Source: the human T2T-CHM13v2.0 reference genome, Homo sapiens. From it: 64,000 bases of DNA. Below the pieces are notes generated by a model, which did not search any database, was not told the origin of the DNA, and worked only from the letters and a program-made list of their open reading frames with translations. The translations under genes and the position numbers were made by a program. Below are positions 54,111 to 64,000 of this stretch, one piece after another (position 1 is the stretch's first letter; each line of letters opens with the position of its first letter). The stretch lies in NCBI RefSeq assembly GCF_009914755.1, contig NC_060930.1; one strand, 5' to 3'.

Positions 54111-54663
54111 CATACATATATATTAAACACATTATGAGAGTTATTCCTACCTAGTTTAGTCCAATGAGAGTAAGATATCTATTGAATATAGAAATTCATT
54201 TAAACAATAAGAAAACTGCCTAACCTCCAGAAATTTAAAGAGGAGTGGGTCATATCTAAAATCATTATATTTACATTTATGGTAGCTAAAACCAAATGTG
54301 AATACAATTATTAATTACACGTATTTTGACTTTTCTTAGTTCTTATAATTTTCTGTGGATAAGTAAAATTTAATACCACTTTTAGTTCAACAAACTGTAT
54401 GCTAACTCATAATACTTGAGGGGAGTTTAATGACCAACAGAAATGTGGTCTCATTTAAATACTGATTATATTAATCTTAATACATGCTACACTATCTTAT
54501 GAAAACTAAATGGGGCTGGGCGCAGTGGTTCTCTTCTGAGAACCAAATTTTCTACTTCAGGACTCCAAATTTTCTATTTTTTACAGGATTTATACTTTGA
54601 TATAAACTTTATGAACTCTGGTATTTAACTTTTGAATTACTTAATTTTAGTTGAGTTTATTGT

Positions 54664-54770
54664 AGTTTAGTTTACTATAAAATTAGAGGAGGTCATACAG
54701 AAGAAACAAATTATGTTTTGTTTTTGTTTTTTCTGTATGACCTCCTCTAATTTTATAGATAAACTAAGCT
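54664..54770. repeat. Inverted repeat/hairpin with 28-bp perfect arms (54675-54702 and 54731-54758), extendable to about 47 bp
   Basis: CTATAAAATTAGAGGAGGTCATACAGAA is the exact reverse complement of TTCTGTATGACCTCCTCTAATTTTATAG. Confidence 0.95.
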
Positions 54771-55602
54771 CATTTACACGTATTGAAAAACCAGAACAGA
54801 TTGTGTCTCAGTTCTGTCATTTTATATTATGATTTATATTTTACACACACAAAGCATTTTAAAACAAGCTCTGTTCTCTTCACCTTTTGAATGTTTTGTA
54901 TCAGTAGTATTCGTTCTTGTCTAACAGTTCCTTTGCCTACATATCATTATATAGTATACTTAGAACCGTCTTTCTTTAGATACTATTTATGTTGGTTCTC
55001 TATACTAAATAATCATAAAATAAGCTTATATTCTTTGTTTTTCTCCATGTCTTCTAGTTATTTGCAACTTGATTTTGTTCATGACATTATTTTTATTTTA
55101 TGTTTGTGTACTCCTTAGATACACTCAATTAGAATGATTTTTCCATGTAAATCACATCTGATTCCCAGCTTTTACAGAATAGAATCATAAGCTTATTACT
55201 CCTTTTGACTTTTCTCCATTTTCTTCTCCTGTTTTTAGATGTATTATTTTCTAAATTGTCAGAATTTATCATTTATATTTTCTTTTTTTCACACTTACCC
55301 TCATCAAAGTATTTTAAAAATTACTTATATTCAACGTTATGTCCAATATATTGCTGAAAATGTCATCTTTGGTGGTTTCAGTTTGCCTTTTGCTAGTTTT
55401 TGTGAGATCTTGCATATCTACACACTTTATGGTAGAGTGGAAGTAAGATGATAGACAAGTAATACAGATGTTGTTAAGTAAAACTACAGAGTCCTGAATT
55501 TAAATTGGATATGTCACCAAGAGAGTCAAACATGTCAATAAATGAGTCAAAATTCCTTTATTGGAAATTTAACTTTTTGTGACATTATTAAATCTAATTT
55601 GC

Positions 55603-55938
<336 letters not shown>

Positions 55939-56317
55939 TGACAGCTTTTCTTCACATATGGGAAGATTTGAGACTCTCTTGTACATTTTCTTACCTGTTT
56001 TCATGATATTTTGTGACTATTTAGAATTATGCAACTGGATTTTTCTTGGCCATGTTTAAACAGAAGATTTCTAGGGGAAGGAGAAGGACCAGGAGAGTTG
56101 TATAGGTTTCAATGCTCCAGGGCTCTTCCTGTAATTTCTAAAGGGACAGGCAATTTTATTAAAATATTTTTGCCTCTCAAAACACAATTAGTTAAGGAGT
56201 TTCTACAGCCATCTCTGAGCTCCAAAATTTCCTTCGCCCAAAGCTTCTCTTATAAGGCAGAACTCCTGCTTAGTAAATTCTGCCCTCCTTTGTGGGAGGT
56301 AGTAGTTTAGTGGGACT

Positions 56318-56321
<4 letters not shown>

Positions 56322-56367
<46 letters not shown>

Positions 56368-56369
56368 TA
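56322..56369. repeat. (TG)~19 microsatellite
   Basis: Seen directly. Confidence 0.97.
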
Positions 56370-57339
56370 TTTCTTAGATTTAGCACGTTTGTGCTTCACA
56401 CTTTACTCCCACCAGTTAGTTTCTTGCTCTATTTATCTGCTCTCTATTTAAAAGTAGTCAAGATAGAACTTTGTCCTGTTTGCAAATTTGCCCACTCAGA
56501 GTGGTTATGGCTGGTAGATTTCTGCCATTGATTGCTAGGCCTTCTCCATTTTCCCAGCTATTCACTGTTGTATGGCCACAGCATTGTCTTCCCATGAATG
56601 CTCTGATATTGCCAACTGCTTTACTCCACAGCTTTATGTAATTTGGGGTCTGAAAAGTTTTGCTTTCTACTATTTTATTGAAATGTTTATGTTCTGACAT
56701 TTTTCTCCTGGTTATTCTTTATGATTTCAAGCATATAAAAAGTGAGAAAATTTGGATCTAAGCTCTAGTAGCCATGTTTTCACTTGTATATGGATGATTT
56801 AGTAACAATAACAGAAACTAACAATAGTCCAATGAAAAGTAATGAATGAAAGTAAATTTAAAAGCTTTCAAGAGCAATAAATATATTGGATGGATGAAGA
56901 TTTGAAGCCCAAATGAAGTTAAAACAATATCTTACGTTTCAAGAAAATTAGCACAACTTAACTTTTATTTCTGTTGAGATATCTTTTACTTTGCCTGAAG
57001 ACAAGCATTCAGAATTCTATATAGTACCAAGTTAAATTATTGTTGTGGGGATAATTGTTTAATGTTAGTAGCCATTATTAGAAATTTAGCTTTAAGAAAG
57101 CAGTGGCTCTTTCTCCCTACCTGCCTCTTTATTTCTCTTTCTTTCTTCATCTCCTTCTTCCTTCCTTTCTTCATTTGTTTTCCTTTTTTTCTTTTTGTTA
57201 AATAACATTTCTCCAGCACTAATGTGTTGTTTTAATTGTAAATACATGATGCATAAAAATGTGAAATTTAGTGCAACATCTCACATTTGCAGGATTCCAA
57301 GCTATGCACTACTTTTGCAGTCTTTGAATTATGCCTAAT

Positions 57340-57592
57340 TACCTTCCCCACTTCAGGGTCTTTGAACATGCTATTCCTTTTGTTGGAGGTTTTCTGCAAA
57401 ATATACAAGGTATACTCTTTTTCAGCCTTCAGGCATTCACTTCTGTTACACTTCTCCATAGAGCTATTTACTGACTATTCTTTACAAATACAAATTTCCT
57501 GGTCCCTTGTAAGTCTATCCAACACATTATCTCCAAGCTTAGCAGAATGTTTCACACACACTTGGGTGGCCAATATATACTTATTGATTATA
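57340..57592 (+). mobile_element. L2 3' remnant
   Basis: cagggtctttgaacatgctattcc, followed by an L2-like 3' tail (caatatatacttattgatta). Confidence 0.5.
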
Positions 57593-57729
57593 CTCATCAG
57601 CAATAAATCTCATTATTGATGTTGGAAAAATTATTCATAAAGTCACTGGAATTGCAAAAACAAGGCAATCAAATGACAGAAATATACTATAGATGTATAG
57701 TTATCTTTAGGTATGCATATTATAAATGG

Positions 57730-58143
57730 TGTCATGGTAAATTTTGTGTGGATATAACAAAATACCACAGACTGGGTAATTTATATTCAATATAAATTTA
57801 TTTGGCTCATGGTTCTGGAGGCTGGAAAGTCTAAGTGCATGCACTGGCATCTGGCAAGGACCTTCATGCTGTCATTCCTGGTGGAAGGTGGAAGGGCAAG
57901 TGACTCTGTTAGACAGAGTGACAAAAGGGGTTTGAACTTATCCATTTTATAAGGAATCCAATCCCAAGATAACAAATTCACTCCCAATATAGTTAACCCA
58001 CTCCCCAAATAGCAGCATTAATTCATTCATGGAGGCAGAGCCCTCATGACCTAATCACCTCTTAAGGGTCCTGCCTCCCAACACTGTTACAATGGCAATT
58101 ACAATTCAACATGAGTTTTGGATGAGACGTTCAAACCATAGGA
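57730..58143 (-). mobile_element. MSTD-type MaLR LTR
   Basis: ataacaaaataccacagactgggtaattt, gcagagccctcatgacctaatcacctctta, caacatgagttttgg...ttcaaaccatag. Confidence 0.9.
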
Positions 58144-59229
58144 AATGATAAGATATTGCCATTTTTGGCAATATATGTAGCATTTCTACTTTAATATTTT
58201 AATTACTTTTACTGTAGAAATTACTCACAATACATGTCCTGAGTTAAATTTTAGCAAAGTAAAGTGAAGGTTATATACTAGATTTATATATTTCATAAAT
58301 GTAGTCTTTAGTGTTTTTATATGTGATTTACTAAGAAGAATATGAGTAATGTGAGTAACATCATTACTCACATTATTTAATCAATAAAACACTTAAAAAT
58401 AAAAGGTAAATGCAAATTCATATTACACTCCACAATTTATTTAGTAATTTATTCAGAGTTTGTAAATTTTTATGGAAAATAACTCAGAAAATAAATAAAA
58501 AGAAGCTGATTCAATAAGAAATATTTTCTTTATGAAATAATTTTCTATGTTTTTATTATTATGTAAAATGATTTTAGTAATATCAATTTTAACAAAAAAC
58601 CAACTTGGAAAAATATATTAAAAGTTATAATAATTGCAAGAATTATTTATAATCTCTAACAGGTTAAATTTAATGCATCATTATGACTTAAAACAGAAAT
58701 GTTGCTAAGCAGGTAGTTTATCACAAAATATATGCAATAAAGTATCAAAAAAGGAATGCAATTGGGAGGATTAAGCTGAATTTCAGAATAAATTTATTGA
58801 GTTTTTGTCCTTAATGTTGTTACCAGCTTCTTTTTTAATGGGACTAGCTCACTGATAATGTGAAAATAAAATGTGAATGATAAATACATGAATCCAGAGA
58901 TTAAAATCTGCACGTTAGTTCAAATGAAAAAGAATTTCAGCCAAAATGTCCAAGGGACTCTAAATTCCATGATAAAGTAAACAACATGCTTCAGGACTTA
59001 AGAAAATAGAAAAATCCTAAGGGTGTAAGCATTCAAGTATTTGGCCCTTTATTCACATGGTCTGCTATTACAATCGGCCAGTAATCTAGGAGTCTGCTCC
59101 CAGCCCACTCACATCTAAACCTCTCAGAGGGAAATCCTTTTGTCCCAGATAATGTAAGTGTGTATGGCAGTGGCTAGAAACAAATTCTCTAAAGAAAATT
59201 TTTCTTTTGACATTTAGATCATTTCATTA

Positions 59230-60130
59230 TTTCCTTCAGAATGTATTTGTGTGAATGCTATGAAATGATTTACTGTTTTTTTTCTCTATGAATAACCAAT
59301 TCTAACACTTTGGAATGGTATACTCTTTATTCACTAATTTGGCCTGACAATTTCATCTATATATGTTCTATAGATTATGGGCTTTGTTTCATCACTCTCT
59401 ATCTAATAGATATAGATATAGATCAATGCCATATTCTCTGATTTACTATAGCATTATAATAAGCCTCAGTATCTGACAGAATAATTTTTCTACACAGTTA
59501 TTTTTTTCTGAAATTCATTTTTGTTATTATTAATCTTTGCTTTTCCAAATAAGCTTTTAAATAAATTTGTTAATTTTCTTAAAAAATTAGATCAGAGTTA
59601 CAATTGGAATTGCATAAGCTTATAGCTAAATTTGGAGAATATTTATGAAATAATTTATTCTTAAATACATTAAGAAGAAATTATATATTTATTCATTTTC
59701 ATTATATTTTAGTAGCATTTTATAATTGTCCTCACAAAGATCCTACCTATTTTTTACTACACTCATCTTAGTTATGTTATCATTTTCTTACTGGTACAAA
59801 AGGTTGTTTAAATATAATTTCTTCTTACAATTTATTGCTAGTATGTGAAGTGCAATCAATTTTCTTATTTAAACCCTATATCTAGAAAATCTAATACATT
59901 TCAAATTCTAATCCACTTAGTTTTTTCTCATTTTTTAAATGTACACTTTAGTGTTAGCTGTGAATACTAATGATTTTTCTTCTCCACTATTTTTTTTTCT
60001 CAACTCAATATGCTGGTGAGGATTTTGAGGGTGGTCCTCTATGTTATGGCTTAAAAGTACAAGTAGAGTGTTCCCCATACTGCCTAGTTGTGTAGATACT
60101 TGGTTCACAGCCTTGCCTCTTAAACTCAAG
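59230..60130 (-). mobile_element. Ancient L1ME ORF2 remnant
   Basis: T-rich antisense L1 motifs (ttggaattgcat, aatttggagaat, ttattgctagtatg). Confidence 0.55.
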
Positions 60131-60794
60131 AACATATTTTATATTACAGGGAAATCCTAGAGCTATCTGAGCTTCAAAAACTAGAAGAAACCTGGCTTCT
60201 CTGAATGTTTTGCTAAAATTAATCAATCGGACAATTTCCCAGGGGCCTTTCTTGGCCCTTGTATCAGTTGATCCCAGCTTGTCCCCCACATCCAAAATTA
60301 TTCTTAACCCTACAGATGTCCCATCCTAATGTTTTTAAACTAGAACATTTTTTCCAGTTGACTTCCCTGGAGATTGCATTCAATTACAAATGCTTAAAAA
60401 ATAATCTAAATTTCATGCTTTTTCAATGGTACTTTTCCTATTGGGTACTATCACTACCCACTTTACTATCAGTTTAGAGCATTATGTCTGAGAGGAGATG
60501 TAGTTTATGATTTTCATTCTTCCATAGTGAATCAGTTCTCAAATAGTGTTCCTAAAAACCACCGAAGTATAGTACTCAATCTATAAGCTTAAAATAGACT
60601 ATACTGACAGAGATAATAATTGGCAAGGTAATAAACGCAATCTGAAATTCTGCAACCGTTGTGACTAAACGTTGCCACCTGAAACATATTTTAACAAATA
60701 TACAATTTGAGCCTGAAAAATGTTTTTGGGTATTTTTAGTACCTTAGTAGTTACCAAAAATGTTGAATTATTAATAATTCTAACTTTTATTGAG

Positions 60795-60930
60795 GAATTA
60801 CTAGATGCTTAGCACTTTTCTAAACATGTTAAATATATTATCTAATTTAGTTCTCACAAAAACATTAAAATGCAAATACAATGATTCTCATTTTTAAGCT
60901 GACTAAAATGAAGAACAAGTTGCTCCATAA
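60795..60930 (-). mobile_element. MIR fragment
   Basis: atctaatttagttctcacaa...tctcatttttaagctgactaaaatga. Confidence 0.45.
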
Positions 60931-62264
60931 TTCGTCAAGCTGCCTCATTTATTTCACTGTTCTCATTTTCCTCAAGGTGCAGTGGCTTGCCAAGAGAACC
61001 GTCAGTGCCTCCATGGTCACACTGGCAAGAAACCTCTCCTGTGCCCTAAGATTGGGATTGGGCAAAATTAATTACAAAATAATTTAGGATTGGTGAGCAT
61101 AGCAATGTGAAGTTCCTCAAATATGCCTTGATAAGTAAACGTTTTATAAAAAGCAAGACTTTTTCCAGGCATGCAGTCTCTTTTTCTGATAGAACGGTTG
61201 CACAGATAAGACATTTTCTTCTATGAATAAATTGTTTTCAGGAATTTTCTGAGGTTAAACAATGAATTTATCTACTGTTTTTCAACATTATCCTCAGGCA
61301 CAAGAATTTCCCAGAACAATTGTTCAAGTCACCTTAACATAGTGGTCTTAGTGTTGAGTCCTGATAGTAAACCTATGTGGATGCAGGTGGTCTTAATTAT
61401 CAACTCCAACTCTAGGATACTCAGCATAAGATGCTTAAGTCCCATATACATTTATTTAACTATAATATTTCTATAAATCCAGATGTATTATGAAAATTTC
61501 CCATCCATGTTAATTTTTTATGTAAATTATATTCCTGTCAAAAATTGCCACGCAATTCAATTGTATGCTTGAACGTTGAAAATGAAGTTCCCAGAAGCTT
61601 TTAATTGTTATCTTATACAGAGGCTCACCCTTGATATAAACTCCCATTACTTAAATGACTTTGACTTTTATTTTATTTGCAAATTCTATTGCTAAATGGG
61701 GTTAAGGAAATGTCAGTACTGATACAGATGATTTATTCTATAACTTTGAAGCAAGAAATAGTGAATGGCATTTTGGAATATTATACACAAGAAAGAGCCT
61801 ATGAAAATGTAGTGATTCAAAATTCTTCCAGCAATAATAACATACCATAAGAGTGAGAGAATATCAACCAAAGCAATGCTAAGTTTAAACCTTTAATCTA
61901 AAATGATGCAGCATGAGAATAACTCTGAGGGATGTTTTTCCTTGGGGAAAGGAAGATAACTTTTTATAGAGCTTTAACAGCAAAAGTCCAGATGGTTTTA
62001 CGAATAGTTGGACCAAAACACTTCTCAGAAGAAGAAGGAATTTTCCTTGTAGTTTAGCAGGTGCTGTTGGGCAATTTTTGCTTAGCAAGAGGACTGGAGA
62101 TGAAGAATTTGATGTTACATTTATGTAAGGCCCACAGTGGAAAATGTTTCTCAGTATGTATCACACGGAACTTCCATTAAAATAATAATAAGAAATAATT
62201 ACATATGTCTCTGTAAACTCTAAAGTGTTTTAAAATTAAAATTATAATATTTAAAGAAGCATGT

Positions 62265-64000
62265 TTAGCTTCCAGATAACTGACTAGAGGCATCTAGTAC
62301 TAACTTCCTCCACAAAGAAGAACCAAAATAGTGAGTAGATAATCACACTTTGAATAGATCATCTAAGAGAGACATGAATTCAACAGAGAAGGGCCAGGAA
62401 ACACCTAAAACAAGAAAGGAAAGGGAAGTAAGGCAGCCTGCTTAGCTAGAGTCAGCTGGTTCCCCAAAGCAGGCAAAAGGCAAGTGAGAGACCCCCAGTG
62501 GTCGGCATTCCCACTGAGGACTCCTGCAAATCTACCCATGGGAAAGTCCCTTGATCCTTACAGGCTCTGAGACTAACACACGGAGCTGCCTGGAAACAAG
62601 GATGTGGTGTAACTCCAGAAAGGAAGCTCACAATGTGTCACACATGACTTGAAGACCTAAGCAGTTACAGTAGAGTGCCATTTTGAGAGCCCAGACCCAC
62701 CAGACTCCATCCACCCCTGGAGTCCCACAACTCTTGTATCTCCACATTCCTGGAGCCCATTGACATCCTCCACCCAGAGCCACTGCCATGACTGGCAGCT
62801 GCCACCAGGGCCAAAGTGAGTTGCCACCCATTTATGAGTGCCCTCAGGACAGGCTATCCTGCCCACAGCTGCCATCTGGTGCAAAAGTGTACTCTCCTTG
62901 GCCACTTGCCTACTGCTACTAGCATTGAAAGCAACCCTGCCCTCCCCAGTAGCAGGGCTGTAGCATAGCTGCTGCTGGCCCACCCAATCATTCTGTCAGG
63001 GGAATGGGGATTTTCCTGCCCCCCATTACCACAACCAACACCTGCACACACCAATGGGGAACCTGAGGACAGATCCACCTGGCCCAGCTCTGCAACCCCT
63101 TCAGTGCCCAAGTATGCCATCGAGAGCCTGGGAATTACCCAGCCCCATCCACCAACATTGGCGCCTGAGAACTCCTTTCAGGGGCCTGAGACAAGACCCA
63201 CACAACCTGCCACTAAACCACTGCTGGCAGCCATCCACATGTGCCACGTGCAGGCCTGTGGACTGACCCACCAGCCTGGTCATGGTCACTGCCAACGTTA
63301 GCCTGAAGTACTTGGGAGTTAGAAGCTTGTCCTGCCAGTGCTACTGCCATCATTCATGTCATATCCACCACCCAGGGGCCAAAAAACCCATCCACTTGCC
63401 CAGCTCATTGCTGCCACTATCAACACCCTGCCTGGAGGCTCATAAAATGGCCTAACTGAACATTGGTGCCAGGATATGCCACCCTGGGCCCCAAGGACAG
63501 GCACACTTAGACCATTGCTGTGATTACTGAGGCCCAAGTACAGGCCTATCTAGCTTTCCTGTCATAAGAAAAATATTTACCATCACAAAAACACACAAAA
63601 TATAAAGACCATGGGTAGAGCAAACACACAAGTAAGGAAACAACCCAATGTTACCACTACAAAAAACAGCAAAGTACAAAGAAAAACAATAAGAGAACCA
63701 AAGGAACAGGGATATACAAAACAATCAGAAATCAATTAGTAAAATGACAGATATAAGCCCTCATATATCAATAATATTGTTGAATGTAAGCAGATTAAAC
63801 TTTCCACTTAGACTGGCTAAGTGGATTTTTAAAATAGCCTAACAATATGCTGCCTACAAAAAAACTCATCACACACATTGATTAAATGTAAAAAGATGGA
63901 AAAATTCATTCCCTACAAACAACAACAATGATAACAACAAACAAACAAACCAAAACAAAAAAAAAACAGCAGAAAGAGCTTTACTTACATCAGATGAAAT
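62265..64000 (+). mobile_element. L1M2/M3-type (L1MA) 5'UTR joined to the inter-ORF region and ORF2 start; runs off the right edge
   Basis: actagaggcatctagtact...ctccacaaagaagaaccaaaatagtgagtagataatcacactttgaatagatcatc 5' motif; ORF2 start atgacagatataagccctcatatatcaata (MTDISPHISIILLNV) at about 63744. Confidence 0.85.

Overview
This is AT-rich, CpG-poor primate genomic DNA, most likely human or great ape, judging by AluY, AluS and AluJ, LTR12C, L1PA7-like, THE1D and Tigger2 sequences. It reads as a gene desert or a large intron. I found no credible host protein-coding exon, RNA gene or CRISPR array. The supplied ORFs are decayed L1 fragments, Alu or MaLR read-throughs, low-complexity artefacts or chance short frames. 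More than half of the window is nested retroelements and DNA-transposon fossils, assigned by eye from remembered consensus sequences, so subfamily calls and old-L1 boundaries are approximate. I cannot support a new multi-gene system. The non-routine signals are structural: (1) a near-perfect hairpin of about 47 bp in unique sequence at 54.66-54.77 kb; (2) a 42-bp locally templated insertion of L1 5'UTR sequence into a Tigger2 transposase; (3) an old dispersed duplication of about 310 bp of an L1 3' fragment; (4) a twin-primed, 5'-inverted L1PA7 nested in a THE1D element; (5) a CpG-retaining solo LTR1 with intact TATA and poly(A) signals; (6) a 294-bp almost pure purine tract.
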